NCBI RefSeq assembly: GCF_000372725.1
Contig: NW_005201421.1
Span: forward strand, 186,001-250,000
From: Emiliania huxleyi CCMP1516
Lineage: Eukaryota
Direction: 5' to 3'
DNA: 64,000 nt
Shown piece after piece: positions 31,831 through 44,154 of this stretch (positions within the stretch are counted from its first letter, which is position 1; every line of letters starts with the position of its first letter). Position numbers and translations under genes: made by a program. The notes beneath the pieces were generated by a model that was given only the letters and a program-made list of their open reading frames with translations, did no database searches and was not told where the DNA came from.

Positions 31831-32757
31831 ATGCTGCGGCTTGCTGCCCTGCTGCTTTCGCACTGCGCACTTGCGAGCGCAGAGTACGCCATCGTCAACA
31901 TGATTCGCCACGGAGAGCGCTTTTCTGACAAGAGCAACATCCATCTCGCGCCCGCTGGGTTTCAGCGTGCCGAGTACATTGCAAAATGCGTGAGCAACGC
32001 CACGTTTACGATGGCCTTTCCGCTGGGTCCGCCGGACCGGCTGGTTGCATCTGTGCGGCCGCCAAATGCGCACGGAGAGGATGAGTCTGTCCGCCCGCTC
32101 GAGACGCTTACGCCGTTGTCGCGAGCGCTGTCTTTGCCAGTCGAGAACACGTTGCGCTACACAAACGTCGATGGATTCGTGGACCGTCTGCAGAAGCTGG
32201 CCGCAGGCGAGACCATGTGCGTCGCGTGGCAGCACAGCTTTCTGGACTCGTTTGTCCGCAGATTGGGTTTGGAGGGCCTGGCGCCCGCCTCGTGGCCGCG
32301 CTCCTGCAACTACACCGGCCCGTGGGCTGAGCCCGACTATGCGATGGACGTGACCGAGGGCAACTGCTACGACCTCATCTGGCAGCTCCTCCTCTTCCGG
32401 GAGGGGCCGGCGCACAGGTGGCGCAGCACAGCCTTCTCGCAGATGCACATGGGCTTCCGGGGAGCCGGGGACGGCCCGTGTGTCGAGGCCTTCTCCCCAG
32501 GCTCTGCACCGGGCATGTGGGGTCGTGCGGCTCCAATCGCGGCCGCCGCCGATAGCACGCCTCGCCACGCGTTGTCGCCCGCCCCGGTGGTTTTTCGGTG
32601 GGTGGCGGGGTGGGTGGTGGGGCTTGGCGGGGCTGCGATGGCGTTGATAGCAGTGGCTCGGCGTGGCTGCAAGACGATGGCGTGGCGGTCGGGGAAGACT
32701 GTTCGGATCGTCAATGAGGCGGAGTCTTCAGAGGCTCCCTACCACGCGGTTACGTAG
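31831..32757 (+). CDS. Histidine phosphatase (phosphoglycerate mutase-like) with signal peptide and C-terminal TM helix
   Basis: MIRHGE, LAPAGFQRA, SVRPLETLTPL, VAWQH; hydrophobic N-terminus and WVAGWVVGLGGAAMALIAVA. Confidence 0.8.
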   Translation: MLRLAALLLSHCALASAEYAIVNMIRHGERFSDKSNIHLAPAGFQRAEYIAKCVSNATFTMAFPLGPPDRLVASVRPPNAHGEDESVRPLETLTPLSRALSLPVENTLRYTNVDGFVDRLQKLAAGETMCVAWQHSFLDSFVRRLGLEGLAPASWPRSCNYTGPWAEPDYAMDVTEGNCYDLIWQLLLFREGPAHRWRSTAFSQMHMGFRGAGDGPCVEAFSPGSAPGMWGRAAPIAAAADSTPRHALSPAPVVFRWVAGWVVGLGGAAMALIAVARRGCKTMAWRSGKTVRIVNEAESSEAPYHAVT

Positions 32758-33050
32758 GAGCAACAACAAACAAAACTCGTGGGAGCAGCCGCACGGACGC
32801 GCACGTTGAGTAGAAGTTAGAGCTAGGTGTTAGCTACATTGGGGGGGGCACTTCGAGCACTTGTCTCTTGTGATCTGTGATCTGTGAGGGTCCGCCCGCA
32901 GGCGCATTTTGTATACCGAGGCGGTGCCCGGTGCCGAGCGCAGGCCGGAGCCCACAGGTCGGACCTTGAGACAGCATTGTAGATCCCTGGGCGAGAGGGT
33001 GGTGGAGAGAGGGCGGTCCGTCGGCGCCAAACCACCTCCGGACCGAGGGA

Positions 33051-33400
33051 GAGTGCAGTCGGTAACCTGTCTCTTGTGGAGAGTGCAGTCGGTAACCTCA
33101 CGTGTGTGTATGCGACGTCATGTCAAAGGCACTCTCTCTGAATCCAATCCCATGCGGTAACGACCACGTGTGTGTGTTCACATTCTCATCCAGCGGCGAA
33201 GGCGCGCACCAAACTTTCAACAAAGGCCCCAAATGACGTGTGAGTGTTAGAGTTGTTTGGTATTGCTAAAAATCTCTCTCTCTCCAAACTTTTGGAGCAA
33301 GCACTTGGAGTGCAGTCGGTAACCTCACATGTGTGTTCACATTCACCGATTCAGCGGGCGAGGCGCGCACTTGGAGCACTTGGAGTGCAGTCGGTAACCT
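33051..33400. repeat. Four copies of 18-bp GAGTGCAGTCGGTAACCT
   Basis: Copies at 33051, 33081, 33308, 33383 with irregular spacing. Confidence 0.85.
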
Positions 33401-33537
33401 CACATTCGAGAAAGAAAAGAAAGAAAACAGACAACCTCATATTCGTTCACCCGCTCTGTAATTCTTTTTGGAGCGCAAGCATTTTGGAATTCTTTGCTGC
33501 TGGCGCCGACCCAGGCCTACCCCGCTGCGCGACATAT

Positions 33538-34429
33538 ATGCTCCGCGTGGCCCTCCTCGCCGCCCTCGCCGGGCGGTCGAGCGGGGACTACTACTCGGAC
33601 ATGGGCCTCCGGCGTGACGCGAGCGCCTCCGCCATCAAGAGCGCGTACCGCGAGGCGGCAAAGCGGGACCACCCAGACAAGAACCCGGGAGACCCGGACG
33701 CGGCAGAGCGCTTCCGACGCGTGGCGCGGGCGTACGAGACGCTGGGCGACGCGGAAAAGCGACGCCTGTACGACGTCTACGGGGAGGACTACGAGCGCGA
33801 GCAGCAGCGCCAGGCGCAGCAGCAGGCGTTCCGGCAGCGGCAGGAGGACTTCTTTGGCTTCGGCGGGCGGCGCGGCGGGCGGCGGGCGGCGCCGCCCATC
33901 TTCTCGTCGACGGCGTGGCTGGGCGCCGAGTCGTACCGCGACCTCGTCGAGGACAGCGGCGAGTCGTGGCTCGTCCAGTTTTACCACGACTGGTCGGAGC
34001 CGTGCAAAGACTTTGCGCCTCGCTGGGAGGCGCTGGCGGCCAAGCTGCCGCCGATGGTGCGGCTGGGGCGGGTCAACGTGGACCAGAACTTCGGCCTCGT
34101 CCAGCGGTACCGCTCCTTCGTCCGCTGCCGCCAGACCGTGCTCTCGGTCGAGTGCACCGTGCCAGCGCTGGTGCTGGTGACGCGCGGTGAGCAGCCAGTA
34201 GTAGCAGCAGGCAGCAGTTGCAGCAGGCCCCGCAGCAGTTGCAGCAGGCAGCAGTTGCAGCAGGCAGCAGTTGCAGCAGGCAGCAGTTGCGGGGCAGACA
34301 TTGCCTCGCGAGCCGGAGGAGGGCAGCAGCAGTGCAGCCGCCAGTACGCCGCGCGCACTCCCCTGCCCTCTGGGAGGGAGAGAGAGAGGGAGGGAGGGAG
34401 GGAGGGAGGGAGGGAGGGAGGGAGGGAGG

Positions 34430-34460
<31 letters not shown>

Positions 34461-36869
34461 CTAGCTGCGGCGGCGGGGCAGGCTCGGCTGGGAGAGAGGG
34501 GGCGAATGCCGACCCCTGCCTCCTAGCCGATGCTGTACCGTCGCCGGAGCTTGCCCTTTCCCTTCCNNNNNNNNNNNNNNNNNNNNNNNNNNNNNNNNNN
34601 NNNNNNNNNNNNNNNNNNNNNNNNNNNNNNNNNNNNNNNNNNNNNNNNNNNNNNNNNNNNNNNNNNNNNNNNNNNNNNNNNNNNNNNNNNNNNNNNNNNN
34701 NNNNNNNNNNNNNNNNNNNNNNNNNNNNNNNNNNNNNNNNNNNNNNNNNNNNNNNNNNNNNNNNNNNNNNNNNNNNNNNNNNNNNNNNNNNNNNNNNNNN
34801 NNNNNNNNNNNNNNNNNNNNNNNNNNNNNNNNNNNNNNNNNNNNNNNNNNNNNNNNNNNNNNNNNNNNNNNNNNNNNNNNGGTGCCTCGTCCGAGACACT
34901 TCCCAGACACCTCCTAGAGACTTCCTGCTCTACGAGTGGGTCAAGCGGTGCCTCGTCCGAGACACTTCCCAGACACCTCCTAGAGACTTCCTGCTCTACG
35001 AGTGGGTCAAGCGCTCTCTTGTCTCCGAGAGCAGCACCCGCACCCCAACGCTCACTCACCGTCTCGTCTCATGGAGCCGTCCGCCGCCACAGGTCCCTCC
35101 CCGAGAGCCGCACCCGCATCTCGAAGCTCAAAGGGCCGCGAGCAGCCGAGGCCCTCGCCTCCTGCTCGCAGCCTCCGCCGTGCAGGCCTCTGTCGTCTCT
35201 TGACCGCCTTCTGCGTTCACAGGCGCTCGCCTCCTTCCTGCAGCCCGCGTGGGCAAAGGCGACCGCCGGCAGAAGGCGCGCCGCCGCGCTCGAGCGGGGC
35301 CGGGGCACGGAGCTGCCTCGCGCGGTCATCTTCTCGTCGCGGCCGATCGCCGACTCGATCTTCGCGCGCCACCTGGCGACGCGCCTCTCGCCGCTGCTCT
35401 CCCTCTCGTCGATGCACGTCGACGGAGGCCTCTCCTCCTCGCCGGAGGCAAGCCCCGAGGCGCGCCCCCCTCCCCCCCCCCACCCCCTCGGGCCCCGCCG
35501 GCCCCGCCCCGCCACCCAAACTCCCTTGCCTCCCCCCTCGCTTTGCACGCGCCCGCTGATCGGCGAACCTCGGCGAAGCTCGGCGAAGCTCGGCGAAGCT
35601 GTACGCAGGCGCGCCTCGCACACTCGCTCGGGCTGCGCTCGCTGCCGGTGGTCGCCTTGTGGACGGAGCCAGAGGAGGAGGGCTCTCCGCTCGACAAGGG
35701 CCGCGCCACCCCCGCACGATCCCCGCGCGATCCCCGCCATCCGACCTCACACACACACACACCCGCCCTGCCCCGCATCCCCCTCCCCTCCCCTCCCTCT
35801 CCCTCGCGACTGCAGCTCCTCCCTGGCCCGCCCCCGGCCCCATCCCCGCGCCTCCCTGCAGGCCGCTCCCCGCCCCTCCTCCTCGAAATCTCCGAGCGGC
35901 CAGACGCGGCGGCGCGCGAGGACTTCGTCGCCCGCCTCCGCGCCGCCGCCGCGCCCGCCGTCCCCCTCCTCTCGGCCGCAAACTTCGGCGCGCGGTGCGG
36001 CGCGGCGGGGGCGGCGGGCGGGGAGCAGCCTTTCTGCGTCTTGCTTTTCGTGCCGCGCGGCGGCGACGGCGGCTGGCCGTCCTCGGCGGTGGGCGCGCTC
36101 GCGGCGCTCCGCTCCCTGTGGCGCAAGTCGCAGCACGGCGGAGGCAGCTCCCTGTTCTCGAGCGGGCGCGTGCGGCTTGGGTGGGTGGACGCTTCGCGGC
36201 AGGAGCACGCGCCCGTCCGAGAACAGGGAGCTGCCTCCGCCGTGCTGCGACTTGCGCCACAGGGAGCGGAGCGCCGCGAGNNNNNNNNNNNNNNNNNNNN
36301 NNNNNNNNNNNNNNNNNNNNNNNNNNNNNNNNNNNNNNNNNNNNNNNNNNNNNNNNNNNNNNNNNNNNNNNNNNNNNNNNNNNNNNNNNNNNNNNNNNNN
36401 NNNNNNNNNNNNNNNNNNNNNNNNNNNNNNNNNNNNNNNNNNNNNNNNNNNNNNNNNNNNNNNNNNNNNNNNNNNNNNNNNNNNNNNNNNNNNNNNNNNN
36501 NCCGGCGGCTCGTACGTCCTCCTGTTTGTCACAAACACGGGCGTCGCCGAGCGGTCCACCGTCCACTCGCTGGCGGCGCACTTCGACGCCGAGTTGCGGG
36601 GCGGCGAGCGGCGCGGCTGGTCCGTCGCCCTCCTCGACTACAGCGCCGAGTCGACCCGGCCGGGCAAGCCGCCGCTGCTGGCGGCGCTGCTGCCTCGCGT
36701 GCGCCACTCGGTCGCTTGCGTCTTGCGCAAGGGCTGCAAGCTGGCCACCTTTGGCGGCACGGCGGCGCCGAGGCCGATCGACGACTGGCTCGCCTCGCTG
36801 CGCATGGGAGAGGTGAGTTGGGCGGAGCTCGACTTGGCGGCGGGGAGCGGGGAGGCAAGTCGGGCGTGA
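33538..36869 (+). CDS. Multi-exon DnaJ + thioredoxin-like ER co-chaperone (DNAJC16/DNAJC10-like); spans two assembly gaps
   Basis: Signal peptide; DYYSDMGL...IKSAYR...HPDKNP...F..VARAYETLGDAEKRRLYD; WLVQFYHDWSEPCKDFAPRW...VRLGRVN (CxxC reduced to SEPC); 3' exons less certain. Confidence 0.8.
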
Positions 36870-37280
36870 GGCATCGACGGCGGGGGTGGCCGTGGCGCCG
36901 CCCGCGCCGCCCGCGCCAGAGGATTTGGCCGGGCTTATTCTGGCACGTGGTGTGCGTGTGCTGCTGTGCGCAAAACCCCCGCCGCGGGCGCCGCCCACCC
37001 TCATCGTTATTCCTCTCCGCAGAGTCTCGCTCAGTGGTTGTGCCAAGATATTAATGATGTATATCTCCGCTCTCGGCGCTCGTGGCGGAACTCCGCGGGA
37101 ATCCCGCGGTGTTGGGCTCTCCGGGCTTTTTGAGACCCTTTTTTTTTTGTGATTCATGCGTGTGTGTTTTGCGCCCCTGCGCCTCTTTAGCTTTAGGTGG
37201 ATCTCCGACACACACTTTTAGAGCCGTACGCAGAGTGAGGAGCCGGGCGGACAGCTGCTGGATTGCGCGCCATCTCGTGC

Positions 37281-38006
37281 TCACGTGTGCCGGTTGAGAT
37301 ACCAGATGTCGAGGTTGAGAGCGGCCGCAACCGCGACCCACGCAACCCCCGGGGCGACAAGCGCTCCCGCCAAGAGCGAGGTGCGTCCGATGAGGACTGC
37401 AGAAGCGATTAGTGCGGCCCAGAAGGTGTATATAACCAGGAGGCCGGTGAGCTTGCGTTGCTTGAGGAAGAATTGCACGTTCCAGATGTCGCCGAGGGAG
37501 AGGTGCAGCAAAAACATGACGACTGGCGCAGCGGAGAAAGTGCGGTGCCCCAGCGCACGCCACGTGATCCCGGCGGCCGCCGTCTGAGCCAGCTTGATCG
37601 GGATCCACATCACCGGAAAGAGCCAGGCCGGAGGGTTCCAGTTTGGCTTTACCAGCTTATCATACCACTCGGGCGAGAGGGTCTGCGTATTCGACTGCAT
37701 GTAGCCCTGCAGTCGCGACGAGCCCTGCACGACCACAACCCACGCAAGCTGCCCAATCCAAAACTTGGACCGCTCGCCACTTGCCCGTGAAACCACCTCG
37801 GCAGCGGCGCGCAGGAACGCGAGGAGGAGGATCGTCTCCATCGCGGCCGACTTGCTCACCTCGAGGAGCTTGGCCGCAGGCGCCGGCTCCACGTGCTTTG
37901 CTGCCACCAAGTCGACGCGCGGAGAGGCGACCGCCGCGAGGGCGGGACGGACAGTGGCGGCGTCGACGGCACTGGCGAGTGCAGCGAGGATCAGCAGTCG
38001 CTTCAT
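37281..38006 (-). CDS. TspO/MBR family protein with N-terminal signal/targeting extension
   Basis: WYDKLVKPNWNPPAWLFPVMW, LGDIWNVQFF, AGALVAPGVAWVAVAAALN.DIWYLN. Confidence 0.9.
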   Translation of the reverse strand: MKRLLILAALASAVDAATVRPALAAVASPRVDLVAAKHVEPAPAAKLLEVSKSAAMETILLLAFLRAAAEVVSRASGERSKFWIGQLAWVVVVQGSSRLQGYMQSNTQTLSPEWYDKLVKPNWNPPAWLFPVMWIPIKLAQTAAAGITWRALGHRTFSAAPVVMFLLHLSLGDIWNVQFFLKQRKLTGLLVIYTFWAALIASAVLIGRTSLLAGALVAPGVAWVAVAAALNLDIWYLNRHT

Positions 38007-38366
38007 GTATCGAGCGCGTGTCGGAGAGTGTATGATCGACTAGAGTGAGGCCCTTGACGGGCCCCGCCCCCAATGGGGCGGGGTTGAATGGGCTAGCACT
38101 GGCGTGGCGTTGACATGAGCACAAAGTTGCTAATGTGCGTAGACAAACACAGAGTAGGGTTGAAATCGTCCACGTGATGGCTATGACTTTGGACCTTTGC
38201 GAGAGGTGGCGAGCGGAGCAAGCGCGGTGTAGGCGCGCCCACGCGGCGCAGCGGCTCTCCCGCGACCATAGCCCCTCCCGCAGCCGCAGCCGTAGCCGCA
38301 GCCCCAACTCTTGCTGCTCTTCTAGTGTCGGGTAGTGACCAGGGGGTGAGGGGACGGATTGAAGAT

Positions 38367-38456
38367 CCCTCACACCAAGATCGTGCAGGGCGGGGACACA
38401 TGTCCCTAAATCCCATCTCGTCTCAGAGTTTGACCGTTTTTATTTATTTATTTATT
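38367..38456 (+). repeat. Diverged copy of the (TTTA)n-tailed dispersed repeat
   Basis: CCCTCACACCAAGATCGTGCAGGGCGGGGAC...CCCATCTC...CCGTTTTTATTTATTTATTTA aligns with 40795-40878. Confidence 0.65.
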
Positions 38457-40794
38457 CCACGTAAGGCTTAGGGAGTGCTTGGGGTGGCCTCAGGCATCCC
38501 CAAGGGAGTCGCAGCGGTGCCCCATAAGCAGCTTAGCGATTGTCGAACCTCGAAGCGCGTTCGTTTGAAGAAAAAGGCACACGGTACTATCGGGCCACCG
38601 GAGAGTCACCGGTAAACTTCGACACTTTGAGGGGTGAGAGCGTGCATTATTGTGGCATATCATGTCACATAAGGTCGAGCTTGACCGCAGAAGCATCAAG
38701 AAGCGGATACTCCAGCTCGACTGTGCCGGCAAACTGCCTCCTCACGCCGGCCGGCTGCCAGCAGCCGTCGCGGCCCGTGGCGTGCTCCAGAGAGGGAGAG
38801 AGGTCGAGTCCGCATGGCTCAGGCCGGCCAGAAGGTGTGTGGCGACGGCACCGTGGCAGGAGTGCGGAGAAGAGCTCGCCGAACGCGAGCAGCGGAAGGC
38901 CGAAGTGTGCCAGCGCGAGAGCCTCGCGAACGGGTGCAGAAGGAGCTCGCCGTGACACGATGCCGGGCGGTGGTGGTGCTCTGGCGGCTGTGCACAGTGG
39001 GAAAGGTCAGGCTGCAACAGCGTAGCACGATGGTAGTGCCCCGCTGCAGCCTGGCCTGACATGCACAGGGCGAACAGAGACCTTGCTATCGCCTGGCGCT
39101 CGTCTGGGCAAACTTTGACCGCCGCCCGGCTCGCCACGAGCACGCAGCGACAAAATGATGACCGTGTCGAAGTTGAGGCTGGTCGAGAGGAAGAGGCTGC
39201 CGTGCGAGCCGGCATGTGGCTGGCTCGGCGTGGACAGCCGGCGGCGACTTTTTGCCGAAGAGCGTGCCTGCCGAAGAGCGAGTCTGACTCAAAGTGCACG
39301 GAGTGGGCGCCGCCGACCGTCGGGAAGAGTCCGATGGGTGCCAGGAGGATCCATAGAGCGATGAAGGCGCAAATTGCGCCGCCGAAAGCGGCGGTAGAGG
39401 CCAGGACGTGCGCGTGGGCCGGTCGGGCCACGACCCGGGGCGAGCGATCGAGGGCCGCGGGGCTCGCCCCGCCGGCCGAGCGGTGCGAACGGCCGGTCGC
39501 CCGCTTCGGGTTGGACCCGCCGGGCGGTCCGGCGGCGGATTGCATGGCCGGGCGGGCCTCCGGGAGGCAGGCGGGGCCGCGACAGCGGCAGGGCAGAAAA
39601 TCCCATTCGGAGAGCGTGTGGTCCGACCCCTCTGCTACTTTCAATGATAGGGAAACGGAAAAAATCGAGAAGTGCGCTGTGAAAGTTATCAACTCTCTGT
39701 GAATCTCATCCGAAGGGCCTCCAGGGCTCGCGCACCTTTGCCGTTCATCCCGAAAAGAATTCTCGACCCGCACTCACGCAGTGGTCGCCACCCACGCGCG
39801 CCCGAGCTGTGCGCAGCCCTCCGTGGCGCTGCGGACGACGTGCTCTGCCGAGGCCGGAGTGTGCTCGCACTGGAAGAGCGCAGAGGCCATGAGCAGGCGC
39901 AGAGGCATGTCCTCGACCGCCCTCCAGGCGCGGTCGCCTGCAGCCGCAGCAGCCGCCGCGTCCAGTCGACGCTCGTACTGGTGCAGGTGCCTCAGCGTGC
40001 CCGCGACGGTGTCGTGGATGACGCCGCCGGCCCGCGCCTCGAGCCCGGCGCTCGCCCTCGGGAGGGCATCCTCGAGGCCGCGTTTGCGCTCGATGATGTG
40101 CTCGAGAGCACGCACGGAGCGGAGGAGGCTCTCCGCGCGGCGCGCAGCGCGCGACATACACACATGTATAATGTTGTGTCCGGTGGCAGCGAGCGAGAGT
40201 CGATCAGCCTGCCCCGAAGTCGTCGCCGCTCTCAAGGCTTACAAGACTGGTGGGAAGGAGCGGCACCGTCTCATCTTTGGCCTTCGAGGGCGAGCAGCTT
40301 GTGGCCGCGTCGCAGATCCTGATCACCCAGGACTACAACCCCATGGAAGATATCTGCCTCGACGCCCGACGGGCGTTACCGACATGGACGGCGGCGAGGC
40401 CACCCTGATCCTGCAGAGCGATCTTGACAAGCGCACGCCCAACGACAAGGGCCAGAAGGAGCTCGACGAAACGGAGCAGCTGGCGTCTGCATACTTTTCC
40501 GACTTGCTCCTCGCGCTCTACGAGCGACGATCGACGTCGACACCGGCTGCCACTGCCCGGCGAGCCACCGCCTCATTGAGACTCGCTACGGGCATTGCAT
40601 CACGCGGGCGCTCGTGCAGCGCAAGAAGGGTGCGCTGCGCGTCACGCGCCGCGTGCCCAAGCGTCTCGCCTGGATTTTGAGCGAGTGCCCGGCGGAGCTT
40701 TTCCCGCTGATCGCGGGCTCGCTGAACAGACGGGCGCGTAAGTTCCCCATCGGGAGGACGACCCCGGCTAGTCGCCGACCACACCCACAAAGAA

Positions 40795-40878
40795 CCCTGC
40801 ACAAAGATCGCAAGGGCGGGGACCTGTTCCTTTTTACCCATCTCACAGTAGAGGTGTCCGTTTTTATTTATTTATTTA
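40795..40878 (+). repeat. Copy of the (TTTA)n-tailed dispersed repeat; may extend upstream to ~40170
   Basis: CCCTGCACAAAGATCGCAAGGGCGGGGACC...TACCCATCTCACAGTAGAGGTGTCCGTTTTTATTTATTTATTTA. Confidence 0.7.
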
Positions 40879-41635
40879 TGGATCGGCAGGTGCAACTTTC
40901 CCCCCCTGTTTCAAGAAGAGCGGGACCCAATAATAAGTTCCTTCCTTGAATGTTGTCAAGGCTCTGCCCAATGCGGTGTCCTTTCCGACGCACTCTGCAA
41001 GGCCTTCAGCAGTTGCAAGCAGCAGAGCAATTAGCAGTGCTACCACGACAAGCGCGCCAGTTACTATCGTCGCAATGAGCCAGGGGAATCGACCGAAGAT
41101 ATCCTGCGGCGGCGGGAACGGCGGCGGCGGTGGCGGCGGTGGCGGCCGCGGCGGCGGCGACGGCGGCGACGGCGGCGGAGGGGGCGGCGGCGGCGGCGAC
41201 GGCGGCGGTGGCGGCGGAGGGGGCGGCGGCGGCGGCGACGGCGGAGGGGGCGGCGGCGATGGTGAACAGCAGTACGAGGTGGAGTACGCATCTGGCGCGC
41301 CGCTGGAGTCGCAGTTGCATATGTCGCTCAGGCACACCGATGGGTTGGAGCCGCAATACGTGCCGGGGAGTTCCTTGGCGGTGCAATCGAGAGCGTAAGT
41401 CGAAGAACCCACGTAGTATCCGCCGGAGCACTCCTCGCAGTAGCCATACGTGTTGCACTCGGTGCACAGACCCGAGATGAAAAAGTTGCAGCAGCGATTC
41501 CCGCGGCAGATGCCGTTCTGACATTCCCAGTTCGAGCTGCACCGCTCCCCATCATTTAGCAAGCAGATGCCCGAGACGCAATCCTCTTCGTAACCGCAGT
41601 CCCAGTTGTTGACACAAGACTGCCCGGGCGGCGAC

Positions 41636-41666
<31 letters not shown>

Positions 41667-42096
41667 GCGGCGACGGTGGTGCTGGCGGCGGCGATGGTGA
41701 ACAGCAGTACGAGGTGGAGTACGCATCTGGCGCGCCGCTGGAGTCACAGTTGCATATGTCGCTCAGGCACACCGATGGGTTGGAGCCGCAATACGTGCCG
41801 GGGAGTTCCTTGGCGGTGCAATCGAGTTCGTAATTTCCATCCGGGTAGTATGCGCCGGAGCACACCCCGCAGTAGCCATACGTGTTGCACTCGGTGCACA
41901 GACCCGAGATGCCCAACTTGCAGCAGCGATTCCCGCGACAGTTGCCGGCATAACAGGCCGAGTCCGTGCTGCACCACTCACCGCGTTCTAGCTTGCAGGT
42001 GCCCGAGACGCAATCCTCGTTCGAATTGCAATCACTCGAGTAGACGCAGGACTGCCCGACGGTCGCGAGGAGCGCGATGGCAAACGAGTGCCACAT
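40876..42096 (-). CDS. Type I membrane protein: signal peptide, two Cys-rich repeats each followed by a Ser-Pro(n) tract, TM helix
   Basis: MWHSFAIALLATVGQ; duplicated QSC...C.S..C..GNRCC...ISGLCTECNTYGYC...CTAKELPGTYCGSNPSVCLSDICNCD...YCC; PPPPSPP tracts; WLIATIVTGALVVVALLIALLLA. Confidence 0.85.
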
Positions 42097-44154
42097 CTGG
42101 CTCGACCTGCACTCGAGCGCGTTGGCAGCATGAACTTTTCCCAGCGTCCTCGCGTCGCCGTTACCTCCTGTATCGGAGTTTTGCGCTATTGAAGAGGTGT
42201 GAACGTGAACAGAGTCATACCAGCACCGTGGCTCGTTACGGCACGCATGGGGGGCCTCCCGGACGTATGACCCTAGCCCAATAAGTCCCACAGAGCACAT
42301 TTCGATTTTTGACAGAATTAAATGCACTGCCCCCGCACGGTACTAACTATCGTAGTTTTGTGCCGGGTGCCCTTCACGGCACCACACCGCCGCAAGACAG
42401 CCCGAGATTAGCCTAGCAGCGAGTGGGCATCGCCTGCCGGTCGGCTGGGCACGAGCCAAGCACTTGGGCGGCCGTCAACCGAGTCCGAGCGGCGCCTGAG
42501 GTGGGTGCCACGGCGTCTGCACGAAGGCGTGGCAGGGTGAGGATCCAGGAGTGGTGAACGCCTCCCCGTCGGGCGCGCGGCGCGCCGGATGGTCCGCCGA
42601 GGCCGCAGCCGCGCCGGCGGCGGCGATGGGGGCGGCGGGGCCGACCCGGCCGGCGTTTGTCGGCTCCACCTACAGAAGAGCAGTCTCTGTGGGTCGACGA
42701 TACTAACTCGGTAGTAACGCGGAGCGGTGCTGTGCGGCGCCGAGTTGTGCGCGAGGCGACCTCCTGAGGCTACCTGAGCTGGCAATGGATGCCACCAGGA
42801 CGCACGGCTAGCAGGAGCCAGTCAGGCATGCCCTGCTGTGGAGCAGAGCTGGCTGGCGCACCGGCGATACTAACTCAGCGCGCCGCGAGAGGCGAATCTG
42901 GGCGACTTTGGAGGCGCAGTTCTCGAGCTTGCCGTCGACGATTGATGTCGGGTAAATTGTCACTGCCGTCCGGGAAGGTCTTCTCTCAGCAGGCCGAGCG
43001 CCGTGGCATCGCGCTGCTCGCAGCGCTGCGCGGCGCCGAGAACCCCCAAAACTCGCGAGACCTCGATACTAACAAAGACTACGGTATATGGGGTACCGGG
43101 CAAATGGCGTTTTCGGGGCGGTACTGAATGCGGTACCTCGAGGCGGTACCTTGTCTTGTTTAGGGGGTGAGACAGTGGCAGCGGCAGCGGCGCGTGCCAC
43201 TGTCTTTGTCCGGAGTGAATACTCCAACGCGCTCGTCGGTGACGGTGTCCTCCAACCTGCGCCGAGCTCGGCGAACCTCGACAGCGCCTTCGGTGGCATG
43301 CAACTCTTTGCGCCTGAAGCCTGGAGAGCAGCTCCTCTGCTGAGGACGGAATTTTCATTTTCAGGTCCACCTTCTGTTTGTGGATTTTTTGAAGGGTTTT
43401 TTCTTCTGGCGGTACCCTCCCAAGATACACCGACATACATGGCACGAAAGGCCCCCTCCAAATGGTGCCGGTGTTCTGGCTGTGAGTGACAGTCTCGCTC
43501 GCTCGCTCGGCTGGCTGTCACGACACCTCGCGCACTAGCTAGTGTTGCCTCGAGCCCCGCCCACACACATCGGCCTCCATTCTGGCAGGCACGACCTGGA
43601 CGATCCAGATATGTGCGGGCCGACAGGATGGTTTCTACCTTCGCGGCGAATAGACCGTCGAAGACTCGAGGCTTCGCTTCACCTTCATTCAGCATCGAGG
43701 CACGGTTTCATGAGGGTGAGTCAATTGAGAGCGCCGTGAGGACCTGCTGGGCCGCACGATCAGCCAGCAGCGGCGCCTCACTCCTCTCGCATCTGGCCGC
43801 TTCGTCACCGCCGACCTGTACGAGGTCCCAGTCACGGCCGGCCGGAGCGTGGGCGTGGATCTCCAACAAGGCGGTCTTTGGCGCCAAGTTGGCGAGGTTC
43901 CACCTCGACTTGCCGGCGGGAGCCGATTAAAAAGAATCTTCTTAAATAAAAGAAGAAAGAAAGAATTTCAACAGAGAATCAAGGGCAGGCTGTAAAAGAA
44001 AGAAGAAATCAGACCAGCCAAGGGAGGGATGGGAGGACGGCACACCGCCACCACACAGGGCTGTGTGTTAAGCTGAATTAAATTCCGAAGCGAGCTTTGT
44101 TGTTTGGTTCTTCAAATTCTTTTCCGGTGGACGGACGATTATTCGCGCGCGTAC

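Noticed and set aside
33051..33400. 18-bp repeats as a CRISPR array
   Set aside because: Spacing irregular (12, 209, 57 bp), spacers partly repeated, eukaryotic context
36098..36280. ~70-bp near-perfect inverted repeat (36098-36168 vs 36210-36280)
   Set aside because: The inverted copy of coding sequence ends exactly at an N-gap; probably a foldback/chimeric read artefact
38490..40160. Several ORFs with partial hydrophobic or helical character
   Set aside because: No recognisable motif or consistent exon chain
42330..43930. ORF fragments and GGTACC-rich motifs suggesting an element
   Set aside because: Inverted ends too weak and no protein family recognised
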